Shown in pieces: positions 33,036-46,547 of a DNA stretch of 64,000 nucleotides. The stretch comes from Eledone cirrhosa. Lineage: Eukaryota. The first letter of the stretch is position 1. Each line of letters begins with the position of its first letter. The stretch is taken from contig OZ024743.1 in NCBI GenBank assembly GCA_964016885.1, positions 369,582,001 to 369,646,000 of the forward strand, written 5' to 3'. The position numbers and the translations under genes were made by a program. The notes under the pieces are model-generated. The model was not told the DNA's origin. It was given only the letters and a program-made list of their open reading frames with translations, and ran no database searches.

Positions 33036-33162
33036 GGAGATTCCAGTGAATAACAGGCCTGTGATGAGTTCAAAAAATGGAACTAAAGCCCCTCTCTGTA
33101 AAGTCTGTGGGGATGAGTCATCGGGCTTCCACTATGGAGTTGATTCCTGTGAAGGATGTAAG
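33036..33162 (+). CDS. Exon of a nuclear hormone receptor gene: first C4 zinc finger of the DNA-binding domain (NR1 subfamily-like, Rev-erb/E75/E78/ROR neighbourhood)
   Basis: Translates [42 protein letters not shown] with P-box CEGCK. Preceded by a pyrimidine tract and AACAG acceptor (ends 33035), followed by AAG|GTAGGA donor at 33163. In-frame ATG at 33064 could be the start. The next exon (GFFRR...) was not seen. Confidence 0.93.
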
Positions 33163-33632
33163 GTAGGAAATTTAGTTTTATTTTATAGATTTTTATTTTT
33201 TATTCTCCAAAATGGGTAAAAAAAGAAATCAATATTCTCTTGTAGTCTTTTACTAGTTTCAGCCATTTTGGTTTGTGTTTATGTTGGGATACTACCATCA
33301 TAACATGTGTGTTCGTGTGTGTAATATATTATTAATGGATGTTAAATGATTATGATGATTATATATGTGTGTGTGTGTGTCTGTGTATCTGTGTGTGTGT
33401 ATACATACCTTGTGTTCAGAATAGATACACCTTATCTCTGTGTCGTAAGAAGCATCTAAAGGTGTTAGTGTCAGGAATGGCGGCGTCTCAAGACGTTCCA
33501 TCAACCCATGTTAGCATGGAAATATCAATGTAAAAATGATGATGATCATCCCCACTTTTTCCTTGTTCACATGAGTCAAACTGCTTGTCTGTGGTCTGAG
33601 ACTGGATGAGATCAGGAGAACCATTTTGCTTC

Positions 33633-34228
33633 ATCATCATCATCATCACCGTTTTACGTCCGTTCTTCCACGCTAGCATGGGTTAGACGGGTTGTCCTGT
33701 TGTGGGCAGTGTCTGGTCGGCTGACCATGCCTTGCTCATACAGGAACTGATCTGGCTTGATTTCTACAGCTGGATGCCCTTCCTAACACCAACCTCATTT
33801 ACAGTGAGTGCTGGGTGCTTTTTCGTGGCGCCTACACGTCCACTTTACAGTGTGGGCTGGGTGCTTTTTTGCCGTGGCACCTCCACGACCACCTTGCGGT
33901 GGGGGGGGGGGGGGGGGGCATATTGTTTATATGCTTCAGCATGTACCCATAGGAGGTCGGGTACCCTGTATTACTGCGTGACGCCAGAAGTCACGGTCGT
34001 GTGTCATTGACTTTGAGAGGTGTAGTTGGGTAAGATCGGCTTTTATCACCTCATCCCAAGTCATCTTGGGTCTCCCCACTCCGCGGTTTCCATCAACTTC
34101 TAGTGCTCTGCACCTTTTTATGCAGCTGTCATCCTTCATACGCATCACATGTCCATACCAGCGCAACCGCCTCTCCTGCACGCAGCATTTGATTCCTCTT
34201 ATGCTCAGTCTCTCTCTCAATTCCTTTG

Positions 34229-34230
<2 letters not shown>
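33633..34230 (-). mobile_element. RTE LINE 3' fragment
   Basis: [18 protein letters not shown]...GRPKMTW. The 5' end stops at (TA)n. Confidence 0.88.
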
Positions 34231-34277
<47 letters not shown>

Positions 34278-35157
34278 AGGGAGTGTAACACAGAGTTACT
34301 GTAGGTTCACCCAGGTGAGCACTCGATGTTTAGGTTCACTTCTGTATCGAGGTGTAGAGCTAGACAGAGTGTAGTATAATAAAATAAAACAAGGACAAGT
34401 GGTTACTCCTTCATTACGTTTATTGGTTGGTGACGCGCATTTCACCATTTCACCACCGATCAGCTGAAGGTTCGGTCTGTATCAATCCAGCCCGACTCTG
34501 TAATCTGCAGCTCGTCACAAATGAAAAAATGATTATACATGCTGTAGGAAAAAGTCTGATGTTCATATGCTGGTCAGTGAAATTTGTTTTGATTGGTGGA
34601 TTAATTCTGAGGGCTGTTTTCACCTGTAGTGAAGGGGAGGGTATGAGTGGTGATTATTTGGTGGAGCGGGACATAGATTTAAGTGGGTGGCTGTGTATGG
34701 CGGTTTGACTGTCATTAGACAGTTTGGCGTGTACGTTGGGGCTGATTCTCAGTGTGAGGTGTGGGTGTAGTAGTGGTGCGGTGTATGATACTGGATGGAA
34801 GATTGCAGTGTTTAAGGTGGGGTGTTAGGTGTGGTAGGGGATTGTTAGGGGACTCATGTTATAAGAAGTTAGTGATCAGAGTTTATGTACAGGCATATAC
34901 ATAGATATATACACGCACATGCACACACATTGGATATACATACACGTGTGTATACACGCTAGTAGGGAAAGATGGTGTGGGCATGTGTGTAAAACATACG
35001 TACACACAGACACACACACACACCCATCCCCATCCGTGCATGCACAAACTATATGCATATGGGTCTACACACACACTCGCATGCGCACACACACACACAT
35101 ATAAGTAGGATAAACATATATCTGTGTGCACACACACAGACACGCATATAAATCCAT

Positions 35158-35278
35158 GCCCAATATTGATCATATCTTCAAATTGTAAGAGGGATCAAAT
35201 CACCTGAAGAATAGGCCACACATTTGATCCTTCTTACAATCTGGAGATATGATCAATATTGGGCCTTGAAACCTTGTA
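35158..35278 (+). other. Fold-back inverted repeat overlapping a truncated long-stem-II hammerhead-like motif
   Basis: Arms at 35158-35200 and 35222-35264. CTGAAGA(35204)...AGGCC[insert]GGCCT-T-GAAACCTTGTA. Stem I does not pair. Confidence 0.45.
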
Positions 35279-35638
35279 CACTTATAAAGAACCCCTTCGG
35301 TCAAGAATGACCATGAGATTTGTGCCTAGAAAGTTTCCCTCTGACACGCAAGTCTGGGCTTGGTTGTTTGTGGCAGACCAGCAATCACTTATGCATACCA
35401 GTCTCTTCTCTCCGTGCCACTGATAATGTCCAAGGGAAAGGCAATGGCTTTGATTCAGCTCCTTAATTTAGTTGTTGTCAGAGTTTCTTTGGCTCAATGA
35501 TCTGAGCATTCAGCTGGTATCTTTTTCCATCTCTAGGGTCCTTTACCTCATTTTTATAAGCTATTTTATAGCAACTGACTATGATTACGGTTATTTTCTG
35601 TTTCCTCAGTTTGAATGCTCAAACTTCATACATGTCAC

Positions 35639-35672
<34 letters not shown>

Positions 35673-35675
<3 letters not shown>

Positions 35676-38360
35676 ATCATCATCATTGTCGTTTTAATGT
35701 CCACTTTTCCTGTTCATAAGGGTTGGCAAGTCTACATAGACCAAGTCAGTACTGCAGCGGTGGCTTCTGATCTCCTTGACAAACCAAGGATCTGTTATCT
35801 TGATTATGTGTGGTCTCACATTCCCCCTAGTGCACAAGGGTGGTTGTAATGTCTTTGACACAACTGAGGCTCCTCCCAACCTTTGTTTAGAAAGTAGCAG
35901 CTCTACCTGGTGTGACTCTTTGATCTCTGAGCTACACATTCTATCAAGTAACGTTACTCCGAAACCCTTTGGAGGGACCACTTTTCGGCCACTTGTATTT
36001 GTGATCGTATTCTTTTGGTCATTACCCAAGATTCATGAACATAGGTATGGGTTGGCCCGAAAACCGAATTGAAGATTGAGAGTTTGGCTTTTACACCTAC
36101 CTCCCTATTTCTGATTACCGAACGCTGAAGCTGGCACATTACTGCACCAGTTCCTGCTATTCTTGATTTTAATTCAGCCTCTTACTTTCCATCACTCATG
36201 AACACGGCCCAGAGATACTTGAACGTCTCTACCTGCTTCAGTGGAACTCTATTCACATGTAAAGTGCAGGCTTCCTAAAGAGGACGAGTGATTCAGTTTC
36301 CGCAGAACTGATTTTCATTCCAGCCATAGGCACTCGACATCAAACCTATCAAGTAACACCATGTCGTCTGCAAATTTCAGCTGACTGATTCTACACCCGC
36401 CAGTCATGATACCCGGCTGTGCATGTCAATCCTAGGATAGTCCAACTCCCACATTGAATGGTTTTGATTTATCACCATTTATCTAAACACAAATACTTGG
36501 GCATTCTTATAGCGGCACCAGGGCAGCAAGTAGCTGACCATCCATCCCATAGTTCTGTACAACCTTCCACAGCAAGTCCCGAGGAACGCGGTCATATGCC
36601 TTTTCAAGGTTGACAAAAGAAGAATATGCTTCTTGGCAATACACCCATGATTTCTCGAAGATCTGCCACAGTGTGAATATTTCGTCGGGGCGAAAACTCG
36701 ACTGTTCATCAGCTAGCTCGAACTCAAAAATCTCCCTGCATCTCTTTGCCAGACACTTAGCATAGACTTTACGGGGGGATCCCTCTGTAATTGGAACAAT
36801 CCCTCTTGTGTCCCTTTCTGAAAATTGGGATTATCACTCCCGATTGTCATTGCTTAGGTGCCTTTCCAGAGATCCAAGCCACTCAGCACACACGAGTCAG
36901 CCAGAGAATACCTTCTCTATTTAAGGGATTTAACATCTCTGACTGAATTTCATTTTTCCCAGCCTATACCACATTTGAGATCTTTAACTGCACTTGTGAC
37001 CTCAACCCCTGAGAGATTAGTCACTGCTTCGAGATGCAACTCATGTACATTAGAAGATGCTGTTGTGATTGGATTTAGGAGATCAGCAAAGTATTCCCTC
37101 CACCTTGCGAGGAAGCACCTCTCTGAAAAGAGAACCCTAGACGTGTTCCTGATAGGTGTGGAGGACTTCTTATTATGAAGTCGCCGGATGGTCTGCCAGA
37201 ACACTTTATTTGCTGATCTGAAGATGGATTCCAGCTTATACCCAAAGTCCTTCCATATCTCAACTATGGACATTTTTACTGTCTCTGCTACGATTCTTTG
37301 TGCTTGCTTGTACCGCAAGTGCAAGAAGGTGGACTTATTTCCAAGCCAAGCTTTGTAGGCCTCCTTCTTTGCTCGGTTGCCATCTTTGACCCCTTCATTG
37401 AACCAAGGTGTCCTCCTGCCATCCGGTGCCACACCAAGCCTCCTTCACCCGCAGCATTTAACAGCTGAAGCAGAAACTGCTTATATGGACAAGCTCCTCT
37501 CTGTCTCAATGTCCTCAGTTTGCTGAATTTGGATGCAATAGTATCTGCATACTTGGTCCTGACTCTCTTAACCATCAACGCTTCCAATTTTATTCCGTAG
37601 GTCACCCTGGGCCTGCCAGTTCTGTGGGCTTCTTTGGCTTTAGGTAGTCTCAAGTTTCAGATAACTAGATGGTGATCAGTTGACAGCTCAGCCCCTCTCT
37701 TAACATGAACATTAAGCATAGAATTGAAGAATTCAGAGACAATAACAAAATCAATTATTGATACTGTCCCGGATTGTACCATGTATATTTATGGATGTGT
37801 CTGTACTGGAAGGTGTTCGTAATAAAGAGCCTATTGCTAGGACAGAAATCTAATAAGACCTTTCCATTCATATTTAGATCGGGGTCACCATTCCTGCCAA
37901 TCACTCCTTTCCAGGTCAGGTCGTCAGTGCCAACATGTGCATTGAAGTCTCCTATCAGGTTATATGACTGTCTTAACTACATCTAATGCTGCAGTGACTT
38001 CATCAAAGAAGGACCTGTATTCAGACACCTCGTTTAGTGCATAAACTTGCAACATCGACAGAGACCTATCTTTTAGTCTAAGCTTGAAGAGGCAAATCCT
38101 TCCTCTTAATGGGATCTAGTCCATAACACATTCTGACAGCCATGGATTTGTGAGTATCTCCACTCCTGCTTATGCAGTCATTTCTGTCCACACCTGAATA
38201 GTGGAGTTTCCATCCTCTATCTCAATCTACAGTACCAGAGCCACGGAACTTTGTTGAGCAAATCCTGACTATATCTCTCCAGTAGCATCTTGACTCTTTC
38301 ACTAGTTCCTGTTCCTTACCTGTAAGGGTTGTGATGTTCCAGGTTCCAATTGTCAAGGTT
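35673..38360 (-). mobile_element. Long degenerate RTE LINE of a second family (APE + RT)
   Basis: [54 protein letters not shown] motifs across frames. Related fragments at about 2460-2630, 5700-6200 and 32520-32950. Confidence 0.8.
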
Positions 38361-38672
38361 TTGTTCCCTTCCAGACCCTCTTTGCAATATTTGTGCATCC
38401 ATCCTACGCCTGCCAGGACATGTTGCAGGCCTTAATTGTTTCAATGATTACATATCTCTTATATTAAAGTAATGTTAGGATCCCCACTTCTCTTTAATCT
38501 CTATCTTTTTTTCTTCTCTTTCCCTCATCTCTTTTCTATATCTCCCTCTCTACCTTTCCCATATCCTCACCTCTCTCTCTCCTTCCCTCTCATCCATCTC
38601 CCTTTCCTTCACCCCTCTCTCCTCCTAGTTCCATCCTGCCACACCCATCATCCCCATATCATCTCTCTATAA

Positions 38673-38705
<33 letters not shown>

Positions 38706-39950
38706 CAGGGTGCGGACGATATTTGTTCGCAAGATTACTGTCTAGGAAAAAATAACACAGTAGTTTTATTTTTTAAGATATATTTATCAAACTTGGGTCA
38801 GTTTGTCTTCATGACTTGTTCTTTCGATCTCACTCGATAAACCCACCATTGGCTTTGATGACGGCCTCGGAACCGGCTACAGGCCTTCGTCACTGTCCCC
38901 CAACTTAGACCCCTAAAGGCACCTGTGATCCTGGCCTTCAGATCGTCTTTCGTATTGCAGCTAGATCTGTTGGTGTCTCGTTCCACTGCGCCCCACACAA
39001 AGAAGTCGAGGGGGTTGCAGTCAGGCGAGCTGGGAGGCCAGATGTCAGGTGAAGTGTAGTCGACGAAGTTCTCTGACAGCCAGGCTTGGGTCGTTTGGCT
39101 GGTATGGGAGCCACATGTACGGCCTACCTGCAGCTACCTGGTCGATCCAGGGCTTTACTACCTCACTCAGAACGCGGATGTAGCCATCGGTGTTCAGCTT
39201 GAGGCCCTCAGGAAAGAAGTGAGGTGGCATGATGTCACCTTGACTGCTGACGACACCTAAGACCAATGTTGTCACTGGAAACTTTGTCTGCATGACTCTG
39301 GGCACGTCTTTGGATGAGACAGTCAGCCACCTGTTGTTCTGGGAGTTGATCTTCTGGTCTTGGCAGAAGTTTTTCTCGTGGGTGTTTCAACTTGTTGATC
39401 AGCTTCTTTGCGTGCTTCAGTCGCTTTTCTTGCATCACCTTTGACAGAAATTGTTCTTTCCTCATCTTGTATGAAACGTAGCGAATGTCTTCATGTACCA
39501 CCAGCCTAATGAGCTTTTCATCCATGCCATTCTCCCTTGCAATGGCACGCATCGACTTGCTAAGTTCATTGTTGATGATATCCTGAACTTCAGCGACGAA
39601 CTCGGGTGTTCTGAAGGTGTCAGATCATCGATCATGTGTTTTCCTCTCTGATGTTGCTTCGTAGTCGAATCCTGAATCTTCCAATTCCCTTCTGACCTTT
39701 TCCACCATTCTCCTCCTGACGCTGAGAAAGTCTGAAATTTCCTTATTTGTCCTCCCGGCGCGGATTCCAAGAAGAACTCAGTGTCTCTTCCACAAATTTG
39801 GAGGTTCAAAATTATTCATAATCAATTATTCTGAAAATAAATAATGGAAATATAGTCAGTTTTAATGAAGACAAGAGTGACAACGGAAGTAAACAAAATT
39901 TGCATAAAATTAGCAGTTGAAAATTGCGAACAAATATCGTCCGCACCCTG
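38706..39950 (-). mobile_element. Full-length Tc1/mariner-superfamily transposon (maT/DD37D-like) with frameshifted transposase
   Basis: Perfect 27-bp TIRs CAGGGTGCGGACGATATTTGTTCGCAA (38706-38732 and 39924-39950), TA flanks, TKFPVTTLVLGVVSSQGDIMPPHFF and WPPSSPDCNPLDFFVW. Confidence 0.95.
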
Positions 39951-40025
39951 TATATATATATGTAGATATAGATATAGATATCTGTCTGTAAAATTGTCTC
40001 CTGTGTTTTGTTTGTTTCATTTATT

Positions 40026-40083
<58 letters not shown>

Positions 40084-40537
40084 TTTAAGTAAAAAGAAAT
40101 TCAAACACAAACTGGCACGAAAGCTAATGTGCTTATTCACGTGACTGCATCAACCAACCAAACTTCACTCATATTTGAAAAAACAATCTGAGCCCCCCTT
40201 TTTTTGAAGGCAAATACAATAAGAACTGGTGCAAAATTTATTATACTTATTCACCAACCAAATTACTTCTCTAAAAACCTAGCATTTCGAGCCACTTTTT
40301 TCCATATAAAACAAGTAACACCAACCAGATGTGAGAAAAACCACAAACACTCCATCTCAACTCTACTTTTGAAAAGCACAAGAAGTGCAAAACCGGTCAA
40401 GAAACCAAATAAATATATTTTAAAAAAAAAAGACTCCAGTTGCATTTTCGATTTCATCTTTTTTCCTTATACTTTCACTCGTGTAGGTCACCTCATTTTG
40501 TAAAAAAACCTCACTTTCTAATATATATATATATATG

Positions 40538-41186
40538 TATCATCAGCATCGTTTAACATCCATTTTCCATGCCAGCATGGGTAGGACGGTCTGTCCCTTT
40601 GTGAGAGATCAGGTCAGATGACATGTTTCGTTCACACACACCTGATTTTGGCTTGGTTTCTATGGCTGGAAGCCCTTCCTAATGGCAACCACATAGCGTG
40701 TGCTGAGTATTCTTTGTCGTAACACCTACACAACAACTTTACAGTGTGTGCTGGGCACTTTTTGTTGCATTGCCAACATGACCACTTTACAGTGGCACTT
40801 TTGTTGTGGCTCCAGGGTGACCACTTTATGTGGAGGGGTGGGGGTGGAAAATATGCCTGGGTAATTGGGGGCATAGTTATAGGGGTGGGATGATTACAGA
40901 AAGGGAGATGTATTGGAGGGGTGATGGTAGGGAAGGTGTTGCAGACTAGATACATGCCTCAGCTGGAGCATATGAGAGGGTAGGTCTTCTGTAATACTGC
41001 ATAGCGCCAGAGATCATGGTCCTGTGTCATCACCTTAATGAGGTGTACTTGTGCAAAGTCAGCGTTTATTACCTCATCCCAAGTCTTCCTAGGCCTGCCT
41101 ACTCCAGGGCTATCGTTAACTTAGAGCGCTCTGTACTTTTTTATACAGCTGTCGTCTTTCATACACATCACATGTTCATACCAACG

Positions 41187-41187
<1 letters not shown>
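40538..41187 (-). mobile_element. Degenerate RTE 3' end
   Basis: Shared 3' UTR motifs (GGCTGGAAGCCCTTCCT, TTTAACATCCATTTTCCATG) and ORF-end remnants. Confidence 0.7.
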
Positions 41188-41222
<35 letters not shown>

Positions 41223-41464
41223 CAATATATTTAGAAACACACAGATACATGCGGACACACACATATATACATGAATGCATCCGCACCCAACTGTGAGTTA
41301 AGGGTGCCAACTTCACCGATGTTGCTCAATGAATGACTGGGACAGACCAATTCAGTTTGAACTAGACTGAACCAGTATCAGAGTTAAAAATACATTATGA
41401 AGAGAGAAGAAACATTTAGATATAATTAGTAATAAAATGTATCATACCTAAACTGCTCCTAAAT

Positions 41465-41552
41465 TCCTCGACTACGTAGTTTCGTGGCATAAACAAAAAC
41501 AATATATCAAAGATATAGAGTCCTTGCGAGGTCTGCCGACTTATCAAGAGGA
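41465..41552 (-). ncRNA. Family A hammerhead (U3-A8)
   Basis: Same fold as 8829-8916; the bulged stem II base is C instead of U. Confidence 0.75.
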
Positions 41553-42347
41553 TACCTCATTTTACTAGTCTCAAGAATGCGTCTACACGACGTGAGAAAG
41601 AATCCCAAAAGGCGGAGGGGGAGAAAGTCATGCGATATAACGGTCGAGAAACAGAGCTAAGCCTCTTATAACCACGAAGAAAATACCACGGAGGCGGAGG
41701 GGGTATTCATATCGAGGCCGTAGAAGAGGTAGTGAAGAAGGCGAGAAGTATGAGTAATGGAAGCTTTCCAGTTGTCCCCACACTTCAAAGATTGCTCGAC
41801 CAGAGGGAGTTATTAACAATATATTTAGAAACACACAGATACAGCGGACACACACATATATACATGAATGCATCCGCACCCAACTGTGAGTTAAGGGTGC
41901 CAACTTCACCGATGTTGCTCAATGAATGACTGGGACAGACCAATTCAGTTTGAACTAGACTGAACCAGTATCAGAGTTAAAAATACATTATGAAGAGAGA
42001 AGAAACATTTAGATATAATTAGTAATAAAATGTATCATACCTAAACTGCTCCTAAATTCCTCGACTACGTAGTTTCGTGGCATAAACAAAAACAAAAACA
42101 ATATATCAAAGATATATCAAAGGGACAACTGGAAAGCTTCCATTACTCATACTTCTCGCCTTCTTCACTACCTCTTCTACGGCCTCGATATGAATACCCC
42201 CTCCGCCTCCGTGGTATTTTCTTCGTGGTTATAAGAGGCTTAGCTCTGTTTCTCGACCGTTATATCGCGTGACTGTCTCCCCCTCCGCCTTTTGGGATTC
42301 TTTCTCACGTCGTGTAGACGCGTTCTTGAGACTAGTAAAATGAGGTA

Positions 42348-42435
42348 TCCTCTTGATAAGTCGGCAGACCTCGCAAGGACTCTATATCTTTGATATATTG
42401 TTTTTGTTTATGCCACGAAACTACGTAGTCGAGGA
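42348..42435 (+). ncRNA. Family A hammerhead (U3-A8) in the inverted arm
   Basis: TCCTC TTGATAA GTCGGCA...TGCCAC GAAACTACGTAGTC GAGGA reads directly on +. Confidence 0.75.
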
Positions 42436-42504
42436 ATTTAGGAGCAGTTTAGGTATGATACATTTTATTACTAATTATATCTAAATGTTTCTTCTCTCTT
42501 CATA

Positions 42505-42554
<50 letters not shown>

Positions 42555-42979
42555 CTCCTCTCCCCCCGCACCCTGTACTTCAGTTCATCTACATCTTAAT
42601 CCATAATTTTCTACATTAAATCAACTGACATTTCTCAATCTGTTTTATTATATTTAGATTGAAATTATTATTGTTGTTGCATCCTGTTGCTGTTGTGCTG
42701 GGGAAGATCGGTTTTTGCTGCCAATATATTTATAATGAGATCTTTAATTATCTCCCTTTACATTCTGAGTTCAAAACCTATTGTGATCTACTTAATCTTC
42801 CGTTTCCCAACATAGATAAAATAAACATAAGAAATACAAATGTGGTAGGGTGTTCAATCAAATTAACTGCAATCTTTTCCCCAAAAATATGTGGCCTTAT
42901 ACCAATAGTGAAAAAATATGATTATTATTTGTAGTAGTAGTAGTAGTAACCTTTATTATTATTATCTAAGTTACTAAAG

Positions 42980-43990
42980 GCATCACAGCCAACGTGTTCG
43001 TGGCAAGATTGGCCCTGGATCTATTCTTCAATGCTAAACATGAAGGCTACATTTTCAGAGCTAAGGCGCATGATCTTAGGAGGGAGGGGGCTAAAGCCAT
43101 TCAATGGGCCTGAGTGGCAGAGGCAAGGCATGGCAACAAAGTCACAATCTGGTTTTTGGCAGACAACAGTGGACACATAGTACTTGATCCTAAGCAGATA
43201 TGTGAGGTTTTTGAACTACACTTCACTCAAATGTTAGGGTTTGTTCAAGGGATGAATTTCGGAGCCTATTTCGTTGCCCTACCACGGCTTTTGATGAGGG
43301 AGGTAGAGTGTTGTGAAAAACCAATAACAGTCGAGGAAATATGGGATGTAATGGCAAACATGCCAAACTTGTTCGGCGACATCCTAGTGGACATCCTATG
43401 CCAACTGGCAGCAGAACGGGAGAATTCCCATTTCTGTGAGTCGAGGGGTGGTAGCACTGTTGAGAAAGGCCCCAAACAAGCGGACCATATAGACAATTTC
43501 AGGCCCATGGTGTTAGAAAAGAGGTTGGCGATTGTCGTTGGTGGTCTGGTAGGGGAGGCGCAAACACGCTTTTCTGGACAGATCCATCCATCACAAACTC
43601 CTCCTCATGCGATACATCATAGAGAGGGTGGCTAAGGAACCAGGCACGGGTTCGTCTCTCATCAATTTAGATCAATCAAAGGCTTTCGATGGAGTCAACC
43701 ATCACTACCTTGTGGCTGTCCTCAAAGCAGCCAGATTTGGGCCCATTTTCAGGGGCTGGATCACGGCAATGCACAGCGACATCTGCTCTGTGGTTAGAGT
43801 GAACAGTCACCTTTTGAAACCCTTCAACATCATGTGCTTTGTCCGCCAAGATTATTCCCTCTCCTCCCTTTTGTATGTATTGACTCTTGAGCCAATACTA
43901 CACAATTTGAAGACTTTGAGAGGCATCCCGTGCAAACTAAGATGGGGGAGATCCGTGTCAGCATTTGTTGATGATGTCACCATAGTGAGA
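42980..43990 (+). mobile_element. Degenerate Tx1/L1-group LINE RT fragment
   Basis: LINLDQSKAFDGVNH, VRQDYSLSSLLYVLTLEP, SAFVDDVT. Confidence 0.8.
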
Positions 43991-44502
43991 GCTACTGTCC
44001 TTCCAGATGAATTGGAGGAGCACATCTCATTGAATATGTTCTTTTTTTGTCATGGTTTCTTTAACTGGATGCTCTTCCTGATGCTAACCACTTTACAGAG
44101 TGTACCAAGCGTATTTCATTGTGGCACCAACACTCATTCATAGTTGGAATTACTTCATAACACAAATACTCTTGAGAAAAACATGAATGCTGCAAATACC
44201 CATTTCTACTTCTTATATAATTCTGACATGTAAGTGGATAAAGTGTATGAATATTTTGAGTTCAAAATCAGTATATTGAAATTAACATATCTCAACTGAC
44301 TGTCTCAACAGCCTATCACCCACACACCCCAGAAAGCTACCAGTCCTACTTTATAGTTCTTTCTAAGTTATCTAAAAACTAAGTTGTCCCACATTAACTC
44401 ATAACATCCTGTAATGATTTAGAAGAAAATATGGTTTTATTAATTCAAATGTTTATAGTACAGACAAATCATTGGGAAAATTTGTAGTAAACTAAAAATA
44501 AA

Positions 44503-44640
44503 GATATTGTTATATTTGGAGATGGTCATTTTACCAATAAAACACATGCACTATTTGACTTTCACTTCAGCTTTATTATTAGTTATTAGTTAATTCGTCA
44601 AAGCTCTTTTGTTGCACAATCTGTGACCTTCTCAATGACT
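44503..44640 (-). mobile_element. Diverged family C relative with decayed U3-A8 hammerhead (44597-44639)
   Basis: Minus strand GTCA-TTGAGAA-GGTCACAGATTGTGCAAC-AAA-AGAGCT-T-TGAC, then TGAAGTGAAAG...TATAACAATATC matching family C. G12 is mutated to A. Confidence 0.6.
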
Positions 44641-46547
44641 ATTTTTCTTCTCTGAGTCTCCTTTTCTTTTTGATCTAAACATAAAAATAAAGCCTTAAAT
44701 TGTTAACACGATGCAGTCATTGTGGTGTTTTGTGTTTTTCAAGAAATTCTTGCTGATGTGGTTTCATGTGGTTAACATACCTTTCGCATGAACCACCAAA
44801 AGAATGACATGTTGTTAATGCAAACATAGCTTTATGTCAGACAAATCATGTGACTTGAACAACGTATGTTAGTCAAGACCTAACACAATTATCCTTGAAA
44901 TAGGACAAAAAGTTAGCATACTTCACCCTCTTTTCCTAACCATTCTTTTGCTGTCTTTGAAATTGTCAGTCAATGAATTTACCAAAGGGTGCTACCAGCT
45001 GCTTTTCAACATTTTCCTTTCTTCAATTATTCTCCAAACAATATTTATTTTCTTTATATCTTTCCTTTTTTTCAACTGTAATTCTATTCTTAAGTCTGAC
45101 CTTTGTGTTTGTATTTTTATTTTTTGTTTTACTTTTATTTATTTTGAAAAATTCTTCAAACTTCCAGTTGTGTTTAAGAATCAGATATTTTGCAGTGATA
45201 TGCCAAATATTTAGGTAGCAGTAGTAGCAGCCATAAAAATATATATTAAAATGAATATATTGCAAAATTTGCATCTTTGTAAAATTGATTACTATTCACT
45301 TTATTATTATTACAAAATGCTCTATGGTATATATTCTGGCCCTTTGCCTTCTGAGTTCAAATCCCACTGAGGTTAGCTTCGTTTTTCATTCTCAGTGGTC
45401 GATAAATAAAGTACCAGTAACACACTGGGTTGATTTACTCAACTTTCCTCTTCCCTTCAAATTGCTGGCCTTGTGTCAAAAATAGAAACAATTATTATTA
45501 TTATTAGTTGCCCAATTCTTTTTTTTTATGGGCTCATATTTTCTTTCTTCCTATTGTGTAGTTTCTTAGTTGTGTTATATGTGTGTGACTAATATTCAGA
45601 ATAATCGACTGGACACTTTTTGCTACCAGTTTTAACTGCAATGTAGCTCCAATCTCTCTCCTTTTAGCTGAATTATGTTGATCTCATTACACTAGATCAA
45701 ATATCGAAGATCGACAAGTTTTTCCAACTAGGAGGTTGTATTCTCAGTTTATTTGCAAGCTGAAAATTTAATTTGATTGCTTTGTTACTTATTGCTGTTG
45801 TTGTATTGTTGAAAACTGAACATTTAGATTAACTTTTAGCTCTTTTCTAACTGTTGAATATTTTCTACTGCAGGCCTTTGTAACAAATGCCTACATGGCC
45901 TCAATAAAGATGTGGAGGAGAATACTTTACTTTTTTAAAAAACAAACAAACATTGCAATTAAAACAGCATCAACAATCTGAGCCTGTTAATTATATAGGA
46001 GTGTTTGTTATGAATAGTTTTTAACTAATGATTTCTCTGTCTTGGATAACCATAACTTTATTAGTGAAGAATTGCACATTTATTTGTTTAATATCATTGA
46101 TAAAAACATTAAGTAAAACAAAAAAGAAAATCTTAAATCATTAAGTAATTATATTTAATGAATAAATAAGCTGGGGCCTACCAATTTGTATCTCAAAAAT
46201 TCTGCTTGCATTCTTTAGACCACTGGGTCCCACCACTGCACATCAGTGGGTGTTCTAATATATTTTCTCTCTTAACCCTTTTGTTATCGTATTTATATAT
46301 ACGAGCTGGACCCGTGAAAAAATTAACGGATAATCCCCGCTCTCTATATTATAACCCCCTCTCTCTAAATATGTTAAAGCCCCCCCCCCCTTCTCTATAT
46401 TATAGCCCCTCTCTCTATATTATAACCCCCTTTTCTCTATATATTATAACCCATCCCTTTCTCTATATTATAAACCCCTCTCTTTAAATATAGTATAACC
46501 CACTCTCTCTATATATATATTATAACCCCCCCCCTCTCTCTCTATAT

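Larger units (their letters stand above)
41221..42509 (-). mobile_element. Second family A element: 594-bp tandem unit plus longer inverted segment (42121-42509), in (TA)n
   Basis: Near-identical to 8586-9794 with the same two outer termini (AACAATATATTTAG... and ...CTTCATAATGTA) but a different inversion junction. Confidence 0.88.

Noticed and set aside
34275-34870. Possible PLE pseudo-LTR on minus with GAAATGCGCGTC (HHR 3' half) beside (TA)n
   Set aside because: I could not find a matching CUGANGA or UUGANAA half or paired stems, so it is left uncalled.
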